Source: Mobula hypostoma
Taxonomy: Eukaryota
Reading direction: 5' to 3'
Length of the DNA stretch: 64,000 bases
NCBI RefSeq assembly: GCF_963921235.1
Contig: NC_086108.1
Location: 14,756,001 to 14,820,000 of the forward strand
The notes below the pieces were generated by a model. It was not told the origin of the DNA. It was given only the letters and a program-made list of their open reading frames with translations, and ran no database searches. How positions within the stretch are numbered: the stretch's first letter is position 1; each line of letters begins with the position of its first letter. Made by a program: the position numbers and the translations under genes. Positions 11,591 through 22,734 of this stretch are shown here, in pieces.

Positions 11591-13938
11591 GAGCAGCCTC
11601 TCATGCAATGTAAACATAATGTCCCAACTCCTGTACTCAGTGCATTGACTTATGAAAGGCAACGTGCCAAAAGCTTTCTTTACAAACTTATCAACCTGTG
11701 GTGCTACTATCAAGAAATTATGGATCTGTATTCCCAGATGCTTCTCTTCCACCACACTCCTCAGTGTCCAACTGGTCACCATGAAAGACCTACCCAGCTG
11801 GTCCTGCCAAAGTGTAACACATCACACTTGTCTGAATTAAATTCCATCTGCTATTTTTCAGTCCATTTTTCCCACTGGTCCAGACCATGCTGCAAGGTTT
11901 GATAGTCTTCCTCACTCTCTACTGTACCGCCAATCTTGGTGTTGTTGTGTTTGTAACCTAAAAACATTGAACTAATTCAAAAGGAAAAGACGGGCGTCTG
12001 AAAGAAGACCATAAGAGATAGGAGCAGAATTATGTTTGCTTGATCCATCAAATCCACTCTGGCATTTCTTCATGGCTGATCCATTTCCCTCTGTGCCCCA
12101 ATCTCCCACCTTCTTCCTCTATCCCTTCATACCCTGATTAATTAAGAATCTATCAACCTCTGCCTTAAGTATACCCAATGGCTTGTCCTCCACAGCCATC
12201 TCTGGAATTCCACAGATTCACCACTCTGGCTAAGAAATTCCTCCTCATCTCCTTTCTAAATGGACATCCCTCTTTTCTGAGGCTGTGTCCACTGGAGAAA
12301 ACATCCTCTTGACATCCACTCTATCAAGGCCTTTCAAAGTTCATTAGATTTCAGTGAGATCCATGCTCATTCTTCTTATTTCCAGTAAGTGCAGACTCAC
12401 AGTCATCAAATGCTCTTCGTATAATAAGCCTCCTTAAACTCCTTTGAATCCTCTCCAATGTAAGCACATCCTTTCTTATATAAGGGGCCCAAAAATATTC
12501 ATAGTACTGGTGCCTTATAAGGTCTTAGCATTACATACTTGCTTTTATATTCTAATCCTCTTGTACTGAATGCTAGCATTGCATTTGCCTTCCTCACCAC
12601 CAACTCAATCTGCAAATTAACCTTTAAGGAATCTTGCACAAAGACTCCCAAGTCCCTTTGCACCTCAGGTTTTTGAATTTTTTCTCCATTTAGAAAATAG
12701 TCTATGTTTTTATTTCTGCTACCAAAGTGCATAACCGTACACTTCCATCTGTCACTTCCTTACTCATTCTGCTAATCTGTCTAAGTCCTTCTGTAGCCTC
12801 TCTGCTTTCTCTACAAGCCCCTCCAACTATCATCGTATCTTCCACAAATTTTGCCACAAAGCCATCAATTCCTTCATCCAAATCATTGACATGTAATGTA
12901 AAAAGAAACAGTACCAACACAGACCCCTGTGAGACACCACTAGTCATTGGCAGCAAACCAGAAAAGACTCCCTTTATTCACAGTCTTTGACTTCTGCCAT
13001 TCAACCAATGCTCTATCCATGATTGAATCTTTCCCGTAATGCCACAGGTTCTGAACTTCTTAAGCAACCTCATGTGAGGCACTTTGTCAAAAGCCTTCAG
13101 AAAATCAAAGTACACATCATCTGCTGATTCTCCTTTGTCTAAACTGCTTGTTATTTCTTCAACGAGTTTCACCAAATTTGTCAGGCAAGGTTTTCCCTTA
13201 AGGAAACAATGCTGACTTCGGCCTACTTTATCATGTGCCTCCAAGTACCTCGAAAGTACGTACTTAACGATCAACTTCGACATCTTCCCAACCACTGAGG
13301 TCAGACTAGCTGGCCTATAATTTCCTTTCTTTTGTCTCTCTCCCTTCTTGAAGAGTGGAGTGACATTTGTAATTTTCCAGTCCTCTGGAACTATTGATTC
13401 TTGAAAGATCATTTCTAATGACTCCAATCTCTTCAGCCAGCTCCTTGAGAATCCTAGGGTATAGACCATCTGGCCCAGATGACTTATGTGCCTTCAGACC
13501 TTTCAGTTTCTCAGTACTTTCTCCCTAGTAATGGCAACTTCACTCAATTCTTCCCTGACAGTTTTGAACCTTGTGTCCTCCACAGTGAAGACTGATGCAA
13601 AATACTTCTTAAATTCATCTGCCATTTCCTCATTCTCCATTACTACCTCTCCAGCATCATATTCCAGCAGTCTGATTCTTGCCTCTCTTTTACACTTTAT
13701 ATATCTGAAGAAACTCTTGGTATCCTCTTTAATTTAATTATTAGCTAGCTTATTTTCGTATTCCATCTTTTCCTTCTTTATGACCTTTTCAGTCAACTTC
13801 TGCTGGTCTTTAAAAGCTTCCCAATCCTCTAACTTCCCACTAATTCTTGCTGTATTATATGCTCTCTTTTTGGCTTTTATGTTGGCTTTGGGTTCTCTTG
13901 TTAGCCACAGTTGTGTCACTCTGCCTTTAGAATACTTC

Positions 13939-14073
13939 TAACGTCCTGACGAAGGGTCTCGGCCTGAAACGTCGACTGCACCTCTTCCTAGAGATGCTGC
14001 CTGGCCTGCTGCGTTCACCAGCAACTTTTATGTGTATTGCTTGAATTTCCAGCATCTGCAGAATTCCTGTTGT
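13939..14073 (+). mobile_element. Penelope-derived ~135-nt short element with a 13-bp TSD
   Basis: TTTAGAATACTTC at 13926-13938 and 14074-14086; body nearly identical to the 7.8-kb copy. Confidence 0.8.
13943..13976 (+). ncRNA. Minimal type-I hammerhead ribozyme motif, identical to 7862-7895
   Basis: gtcctgacgaagggtctcggcctgaaacgtcgac. Confidence 0.6.
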
Positions 14074-14260
14074 TTTAGAATACTTCATCTTTTTTGGGAT
14101 GTATCGATCTTGCATCTTGTGAATTGTTCTCATAAGTTCCAGCCATTGCACCTCTGTCATCATCCCTGCCAGTGTTCTCTTCAGTCAATTTTGGCCAGCT
14201 CCTCTCTCATGCCTCTGTAATTCTACTGATTATCTGGCTTCAGCATCTTCTTCTCAAATT

Positions 14261-16958
14261 AACATTGTAACATATAACATATAACAATTACAGCACGGAA
14301 ACAGGCCATCTCGGCCTTTCTAGTCCATGCCAAACTCTTACTCTCACCTAGTCCCACCGACCTGCACTCAGCCCATAACCCTCCATTCCTTTCCTGTCCA
14401 TATATCTATCCAATTTAACTTTAAACGACAACATTGAACCTGCCTCAACCACTTCTGCTGGAAGCTCGTTCCACACAGCTACCACTCTCTGAGTAAAGAA
14501 GTTCCTCCTCATGTTACCCCTAAACTTTTGCCCTTTATCTCTCAACTCATATCCTCTTGTTTGAATCTCACCCACTCTCAATGGAAAAACCCTATCCACG
14601 TCAACACTATCAATCCCCCTCATAATTTTAAACACCTCTATCAAGTCCCCCCTCAACCTTCTACGTTCCAAAGAATGAAGACCCAACTTGTTCAACCTTT
14701 CTCTGTAACTAAGGAGATGAAACCCAGGCAACATTTTAGTAAACCTCCTCTGTACTCTCTCAATTTTATTGACATCTTTCCTATAATTCGGTGACCAGAA
14801 CTGTACACAGTACTCCAAATTTGGCCTTACCAATGCCTTATACAATTCCAACATTACGTCTCAACTCCTATACTCAATGCTCTGATTAATAAAGGCCAGC
14901 ATGCCAAAAGCTTTCTTCACCACCCTATCCACATCAGATTCCACTTTCAGGGAACTATGCACCATTATTCCTAGATCCCTCTGTTCTACAGCATTTTTCA
15001 ATGCCCTACCATACACCATGTATGTCCTATTTTGATTAGTCCTACCAAAATGTAGCACCTCACATTTTTCAGCATTAAACTCCATCTACCATCTTTCAGC
15101 CCACTCTTCTAACTGGCCTAAATCTCTCTGCAAGCTTTGAAAACCTACTTCATTATCTACAACACCACCTTTCTTAGTATCATCTGCATACTTACTAATC
15201 CAATTTTCCACCCATCATCCAGATCATTAATATATATGACAAACAACATTGGACCCAGTACAGATCCCTGAGGCACACCGCTACACACTCTCCTCCAATC
15301 TGACACACAGTTATCCACCACTACTCTCTGGCGTCTCCCATCTAGCCACTGCTAAATCCATTTTACTACTTCGATATTAATGCCTAACAATTGAACCTTC
15401 CTAACTAACCTTCCGTGTGGAACCTTGTCAAAGGCCTTACTGAAGTCCATATAGACAACATCCACCACTTTACCTTCGTCAACTTTCTTAGTAACCTCAT
15501 CAAAAAATTCAATAAGATTTGTCAAACATGATCTTCCACACACAAATCCATGCTGACTGTTCCTAATCAGACCCTGTCTATCCAGATAATTATATATTCC
15601 ATCTCTAAGAATACCTTCCATCAGTTTACCCACCACTGATGTCAAACCCACAGGCCGATAATTGCTAGGTTTACTCTTAGAACCCTTTTTAAACAATGGA
15701 ACCACATGAGCAATACGCCAATCCTCCGGCACCATCCCCGTTTCTAATGACATTTGAAATATTTCTGTCAGTGCCCCTGCTATTTCCACACTAACTTCCC
15801 TCAAGGTCCTAGGGAATATCTTGTCCTGACCCGGAGACTTATCCACTTTTATATTCCTTAAAAGCGCCAGTACTTCCTCTTCTTTAATCATCATACTTTC
15901 CATAACTACCCTTCTTGTATCCTTCTCCTTAGTGAATACCAAAGAAAAGAAATTGTTCAAAATCTCCCCCATCTCTTTTGGCTCCACACATAGCCATCCA
16001 CTCTGATTCTCTAAGGGACCAATTTTATCCCTCACTATCCTTTTGCTATTAACATAACTGTAGAAACCCTTTGGATTTATTTTCAACTTACTTGCCAAAG
16101 CAGCCTCGCATCTTCTTTTAGCTTTTCTAATTTCTTTCTTAAGATTCTTCTTACATTCTTTATATTCCTCGAGCATCTCATTAACTCCAAGCTGCCTATA
16201 TTTATCTTTTTCTGAACCAAGTTTCCAATATCCCTTGAAAACTATTGCTCTCTCAAACTTTTAACCTTTCCTCTCAACCTAACAGGAACATAAAGATCCT
16301 GCACCCTCAAAATTTCACTTTTAAATGACCTCCATTTCTCTATTACATTCTTCCCATAAAACAAATTGTCCCAACCCACTCCTTCTAAATCCTTTCGCAT
16401 CTCCTCAAAGTTAGCCTTTCTCCAATCAAAAATCTCAATCCTAGGTCCAGTCCTAACCTTCTCCATAATTATCTTGAAGCTAATGATATTGTGATCACTG
16501 GACCCGAAGTACTCCCCAACACATATCTCCGTCACCTGCCCTATCTTATTCCCTAACAGGAGATCCAACACTGCCCCTTCTCTAGTTGGTACCTCTATGT
16601 ATTGCTGCAAAAAAACTATCTTGCACACATTTTACAAACTCCAAACCATCCAGCCCTTTTACAAAATGGGCTTCCCAGTCTATGTGTGGAAAATTAAAAT
16701 GTCCCACAATCACAACCTTGTGCTTACAACAGATATCTGCTATCTCCTTACAAATTTGCTCCTCCAGTTCTCGATCCCCATTAGGTGGTCTATAATACAC
16801 CCCTATAAGCGTCACAACACCTTTCCTGTTTCTCAATTCCACCCAAATGGCCTCCCTAGACGAGTCCACTAATCCATCCAGTCAGAGCACTGCTGTTATA
16901 TTTTCTCTGGCAAGCAATGCACCACCTCCACCTCTTGCCCCTCCTATTCTATCACATT
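14261..16958 (-). mobile_element. Younger CR1 LINE (endonuclease plus RT) nested in the older CR1
   Basis: ORF pieces 16869-14348 (GVYYRPP, DFSKAFDKVPH, LVRPNLEYCVQFWSP); ataacat tail repeats; sister 3' copy at 19114-19632. Confidence 0.9.
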
Positions 16959-17144
16959 TGCAGGATGAATTCTATCACTTCCCCCAAGTGTTCCTTTACC
17001 TTAAGCTCTCTAATCAATTCTGTTTCATACCCAATCCAGAATAGCTGATCCCCTCTTGGGCTCAACCATGAGCTGCTCTAAAAAGGCATCTCATAGGCAT
17101 TCTACAAAAATTGTAGGAGTTGACTCTGTGACTGCTCCGAACAC

Positions 17145-17683
17145 CTTTCTTCTCCTTTCTTTTTCTTCTAGTTTGTGACATTTTGATCTTGGGAAGGCCC
17201 ATTTAGTGGTCTGGAATGTTCTCTTGTTAATCCTTCTATTGCTTTATTTATGATTTGATCTCGCCTCTTTGTTTCCTCATCCACAACATCATCTAACAAA
17301 TCCTCTGTTTTCGTATCTCCATCGACTCCTTCTGTTTAGGTCTTCCATTCATCCAGCTGGACTTTGGTCTTTGCATCTGCTTTTACAAGCAGCTTTTTGT
17401 CTCTCACTTAAAGTTCATGCAAATAACCTTAATGCAAGCAGAGTAGATTTTGGTTCTTTATACTCACTTCAGCTCTTTGAATTCTCTTCCAGCTTAAAAC
17501 TAAGCCACATTTTCCAAGTAACTGCCTGCCTAACATATCAGAAGCTTTCTCTGATGTTGCCTACAAAAACTGTTGTAGTTGGACCACTGCTTTCATCACT
17601 TTCATGATTTCCTTGAGCAGCATGGACCTTCCTTGGTCCAATATGCTTTCCAACCAGATGCACAAAGAGGTTGGCACCAACAC
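17145..17683 (-). pseudogene. RBM25: Processed (intronless) pseudogene fragment of RBM25 covering the RRM region
   Basis: Minus strand reads VLVPT..LVGKHIG..SGPTTTVFVGNI-EKASDMLGRQLLGKCGLVLSWKRIQ..YKEPKSTLLALRL..KKLLVKADAKTKVQLDEWK..DEETKRRDQII, matching the RBM25 N-terminus, with frameshifts, stops, a deletion and no introns. Confidence 0.88.
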
Positions 17684-18884
17684 CTGTTTACCCTCTGTTG
17701 AAGAACGGTTCATGGTGACAGCATGGAGACAGTGGTGGCATCATCCTGTAACTTTCTTAATTCACCTTCAGTTGACTCTTTTGTTAGAATCCAAAGGGAT
17801 TCTACAGATACATTGAGAGCAAAAGGTTTGCAAGGGACAAAACTGGTCCTCTGAAAGATCAGAATGGTAATCAATGCATGGAGCTGAAAGAGATGGGGGA
17901 GGTCTTAAATGTTATTTTTTGCATCTATATTTTCTCGGGTGATGGACACAAAGTCTATAGATGGGCTGTGCTTGGATTACAGAGGAAGAATTGCTTGCTG
18001 TCCTGAGGCAGATTGGGTATTTAAAACATACTTAGCCACAGTCGCTGGAGGATTGGAGAAAAGCTAGTTTTATTCCATTCCTCTAAGTATAAGCAGTTAG
18101 CGCTGTTACAGCTTGGAGCATCAAAATTTGGAGTTCAGTCCTAGTGTCTTCTGTAAGGAATGCTTGAGTTTTCTCCAGATGCTCCAGTTTCCTCCCATAG
18201 TCCAAAGACGTACCGAATAGGTTAATTAGTCATTGTAAATTGCCCCATGATTAAGTTAGGGATTAATCAGGGTTGTTGGGTGGTGTGCTCAAAGGGGCGG
18301 AATGGCCCATTCTGCTTTGTACCTCTAAATAAAAACATTTTAAAATGTCATTCTCCAAACAATTACTGCTTGTTTGGCTTGCCGAGTTAGTCTAGCTTTA
18401 AACCCTTCATGGTATTTGTATTCTCCTTTGCAAATGGTCATCCAATTTCCTGATTTACAGTAAACCAAACTCACCACTGTCATGACAGTTTGGGTGCCTA
18501 TTAACAACTCCCATCAGTTTCTTAGCTTTACCCCAGTTAACTTCATGCCTTGCTGCTGCTTACATGTGGGAGGGGGAGCAGGGGGGTGGTGGGACTTTGG
18601 GGTTCTCACATTTAACTGCTGTTCATTCTTTGGGGCACTTCTCTGTTTTCGTGGATGTTTAATGCAAAGAAAAAGCATTTCAGGATGTATATTGTATACA
18701 TTTCTCTGACATTAAATTGAACCTTTGATTTCCTGGAATAGGACTCCTCCTCTCTGCCAACTTTATCATGATCTTTATTTCCAGGGCTTCCTCAATTTCT
18801 GTTTCGTCTACTCCTTTTAAAGTATTGTTGTATCCTGGAACATTTAATTGTGAATGTTGGTTACTTTGCGACATTGTTCCAGTG

Positions 18885-19110
18885 CTGGGTAGCACAGTGT
18901 TGTAGCTAATAGAGTTGCTGTTCACCAAGCTAGAGACTCAGGGTCACTTCTGGTCTTAAGTGCTGTTTGTGTGGAGTTTGCACGTTCTCCCTGTGACTAC
19001 TTGTGTTTCCACTGGATGCCAAAGTTATGTGGGTTGATGGGTTAATTGCCCACTACAAATTTCCCCTCGTGTGTAGGTGAGTGGTGTACTCTGGGAGCGG
19101 GGAAGGAGTT
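18885..19110 (+). mobile_element. V-SINE / HE1-like tRNA-derived SINE
   Basis: V-domain core gtgtggagtttgcacgttctccctgtgac; related copies at about 18090-18335 (+), 33130-33270 (-) and 57370-57590 (-). Confidence 0.65.
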
Positions 19111-19719
19111 GATGTAACCATATAACAATTACAGCAGGGAAACAGGCCATCTCGGCCCTTCTAGTCCATGCCGAACTCTTACTCTCACCTAGTCCCACCG
19201 ACCTGCACTCAGCCCATAACTCTCCTGTCCATGCATCTATCCAATTTAACTTTAAACGACAACATAGAACCTGCCTCAACCACTTCTGCTGGAAGCTTGT
19301 TCCAGGCAGCCACCACTCTCTGAGTAAAGAAGTTCCCCCTCATGTTACCCCTAAACTTTTGCCCTTTAACTCTCAACTCATGTCCTCTTGTTTGAATCTC
19401 CCCCACTCTCAATGGAGAAAGTCTATCCACATCAACTCTATCTATCCCCCTCATAATTACCTCTATCAAATCCCCCCTCAACCTTCTACGCTCCAAAGAA
19501 TAAAGACCTAACTTGTTCAACCTTTCTCTGTAACTTAGATGAAACCCAGGCAACATTTTAGTAAATCTCCTCTATACTCTCTCAATTTTATTGACATCTT
19601 TCCTATAATTCAGTGACCAGAACTGTACACATGGGGAGAATAACAGATTCGTGTAAATGGGTAATTGACAGCATTGACCTGGTGGTCTAAAGAACTTGCT
19701 TCCTTCCTGTATGATTGCT

Positions 19720-19950
19720 TGGATATTTCTTTCTCAATAAAAGAACTAACCAGTTCCCCTCCACACCCACCTTCCTCTATCTAGTAGAATTGGTCCCCAC
19801 CCTCAACAATTTCTCCTTTGACTCCTGCCACATTCTCAAAACTCAAGGGGTAGCCATGAACACCCACATGGGCCCCATGTTGACTGTTCATTCATTTTCA
19901 TGGATGCTGCTTGACCTTCTGAGTTCCTCCAGCATTTTGTGTGTGTTGGT
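19720..19950 (+). mobile_element. Penelope-like reverse transcriptase fragment joined to the family 3' tail
   Basis: LVELVPTLNNFSFDSCHILKTQGVAMNTHMGP resembles the PLE RT motif (..N.F.F....QxxGvAMG...P); followed by ggatgctgcttgaccttctgagttcctccagcattttgtgtgtg. Confidence 0.7.
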
Positions 19951-20374
19951 TTGGCTATTATCGTGCCAATAATCTACCAATCTTGCACTGAGTGTTGCCT
20001 TTATCCAGTTAACAGTCTGCATATTCTTGGTATTAATTACTATTTTCTCTTTTCCAATTCTATTTGGAGGTACTCTGTTATCTTTATATGACCTTTCCCT
20101 TCAGATTCTCATTACTCGGTTCTGATTACTCATTTTGGGGTTTTAAATGAATGTGCATTATAGATATTTCAGTAGGTAAATTCCACATTGCTACGTGAAT
20201 TAAATATGTTTCTGTTTTTTTTTAAATTAAATTACAGTTTGAGTATAGAAATTCCAGTTTACAGTGAAAGGAATGATAGCCATAGGTTTTGAAAAAACAT
20301 TAAGTAAACTGTTATGAATCATTAGTCTAGAATGGTGAAGGACATGTTTACATCTGTATAGAGTTTCTACATTA

Positions 20375-20606
20375 CACAAACAAGAGAAAATCTGCAGATG
20401 CTGGAAATCCAAGCAACACACACAAAATGTCTGGATTGGATTACTGCACTGTGAAGTCTCTTCCAGAGATGCCTACTCTGAAGAAGTTTAAATCTTCCGT
20501 CCTGCCGAAGGGTTTCAGCCCGGAATGTCGACTGTACTCTTTTCTATAGATGCTGCCTGACCTGCTAAGTTCCTCCAGCATTTTGTGTGTGTGTGTGTGT
20601 TGCTTT
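20375..20606. mobile_element. Older Penelope-derived inverted pair with a degenerate hammerhead core
   Basis: Reverse tail at 20377-20430; forward gtcctgccgaagggtttcagcccggaatgtcgactg plus tail at 20499-20605. Confidence 0.6.
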
Positions 20607-20772
20607 CACATTATACACAGGGTTTCTAATGGAAATGTAAACAGAATAACTGAAAATTGTGGCCAATTTTGTAATGTTTGGTCTGCACACAAGATTTTGA
20701 AGTGTTTAAAATTTACCTGTTTATCGGATATTCAGCAATATTCATTGTTTTATTTTGGTTTGTAATATACAG

Positions 20773-20877
20773 GAACTAAAGAAAATGAAAGTAGAATATC
20801 CTCATTATGGTCACTATCTCCCCATTGAAAACCAGGGCCGGGCAGTATCCATGCCCCGACTAGAAACTGAGTCCGAG
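20773..20877 (+). CDS. CACNA1E: Cav2.3-type exon [35 protein letters not shown] (counterpart of the alternatively spliced C-tail insert of mammalian Cav2.3)
   Basis: tacag acceptor, GAG|gtaaat donor, 105 nt in phase 0/0; contains the Cav2-family GRAxSMPRL motif. Confidence 0.88.
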
Positions 20878-21753
20878 GTAAATGCTGGTTTCCTCCCCAT
20901 TCAGAAATCAATTGTGTTTTTGTTCTCTATTTCTTTCTGTGCTACCTGGAAATTTCTACAAACCACTCTCTGCAATCTATTTTGCTGTTAACTTGATGGA
21001 TGATTGTATCTATAATCTGGGGGAAACATATGTCCCTATTCCATCTACAGAAACAATTCATAAAATATTAAATCTTTTCTCTGTCTTAGCTGTTCAGTGT
21101 AAACTGTTTCCCTGTCAAAGCCATTGGCTGTGAAAAAATTATCCCATTTGCCCCGGGTGAATTTACACTTGCATTCTTGTTTGACCTCAATGTACGTGAG
21201 TCAATCTGCAACATGTCATTTTATGAGATTTTAAGGAAGCTGGAAAATGATAGAATATAGGTCAATAACGCAGAGATATTCAATTTGGATTTAAAGGGAC
21301 CTCATTCGAGAAGACAATTAAATTACAGAGAATCATAGAAATCTGTGAGGAGAGGAAAGGGCCCTTTCAGCCCACCTCCTCCATGCTATCCATTACACTA
21401 ATCCCAATCGTCCACATTAACACCTTTCCTATCCAAATACCTGCCCAAATGCGGAGTAATGTTATCTGCCTCCTCTGGAGGTACATTCAAGTTAACCACC
21501 ACCCTCTGTGTGGTTCCAACTGCCAACACACTACCAGGCGTTCCAGCTGATCTACGGAGAAGCTCATGTAATTGGGCAGAATTTCGGGAGGTTGAAGAGT
21601 TGCCAATGCTCCAGTTTTATATAACATAAGTGCAAGAGCAAAGAGCCAGGTTGTGAAAGTGTTGAAATTAAAATGACTGCTGTTAATACGTATGCCTTAA
21701 TACATGGCTCAGCTGGCTGAAGAGTTAGATATTTGTTGTTCTTGTGATGACAG

Positions 21754-21922
21754 TCCACTGAAGATCCAAGCCCCATGAAGCGTTCCTTCTCCACGTTTAC
21801 TGCCAACCACACAAACAGCGCCTGGCTCAATGAGTACTCTTTGGAAAGAGCTGGTCCAGAGGACCTTTACCAAAAATGGAGCCGACGACATCTGAGGTCA
21901 TCCGTCAGATCTTCAAATGCAG
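21754..21922 (+). CDS. CACNA1E: Cav2.3-type exon [56 protein letters not shown]
   Basis: gacag acceptor, CAG|gtagga donor, 169 nt; MKRSFST and WLxEYSLER match the Cav2 C-tail (human Cav2.3 MRRSFST...WLEEFSMER). Confidence 0.92.
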
Positions 21923-22561
21923 GTAGGATTTTGCACTTGTCCCGACTGGGTGAGTAAGGACGGACTGAGTTTCAATTACACCTCACAAACTTCAAACAAT
22001 AAACATGGGTGACCTTGTAGGTCAATCGGTTACTATGCCACATTTCTAATCCCACCGATACTCACGTGAATTCCACCCATCCAATTGTTCTGGCACAGTC
22101 AACCAGCATGAAATGCTGGAGTCAAGTCTCACGTTGAAGGAAAATAAAGATATTTTGTAAACATGAACGATATCACCTGAAACACCAGACCTGTTTCTCT
22201 CCCCTCCACTGCTGTTTGACCAACAGTACATCTGATTCCATGTCATTACACACAGCCTCCCTGGCCGTTTGCCTTCTCTAAGCATTAGAATAGGTATTGA
22301 TTTATTATTGACACAAGTACTGAAATACAATGAAAAGCTCTATTTTGCTTGCCATCCATACAGATCATTTCAGAACATCAGTACATCCAAAGTGAAAAAC
22401 AATGCACAGAATGCAGAATATAGTGTTACCATAGTTTGTCTGGGCTTTACAATGCATTGCTGTCTAAATTTCTAGTCACTGTCCTTAAGCCCCAATTGAG
22501 TTTTATTTGTGAAGAATCCTCAGCAAGGCTGAGCTCTGAGTTCTGGGTACTCCCCATGCAG

Positions 22562-22734
22562 GCAGCCACGAGAGAGGCCGTTCCAAGGAGAGGAAGCACC
22601 TCCTCTCACCTGAGAGGTCTCTCTGCAACTCGGAGGAGCGCGCTCAGCACCTACAGCACCCACAGCACCCATGCCAGGACCAGAGGATGTCTCGATCACC
22701 AAGCCCAGGATATTCACACAGTGTACAGGAGCAG
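22562..22734 (+). CDS. CACNA1E: Cav2.3-type exon (G)[57 protein letters not shown]
   Basis: tgcag acceptor, CAG|gtaggt donor, 173 nt phase 1 to 0; [20 protein letters not shown] matches Cav2.3. Not annotated in this frame by the ORF track. Confidence 0.92.

Larger units (their letters stand above)
12005..14260 (-). mobile_element. CR1 LINE, older subfamily, continuing at 16960-17105 beyond a nested insertion
   Basis: VPEDWKITNVTPLFKKG..NYRPASLTSVVGK..DFLKAFDKVPH; 3' tail near 12005-12020. Confidence 0.85.
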
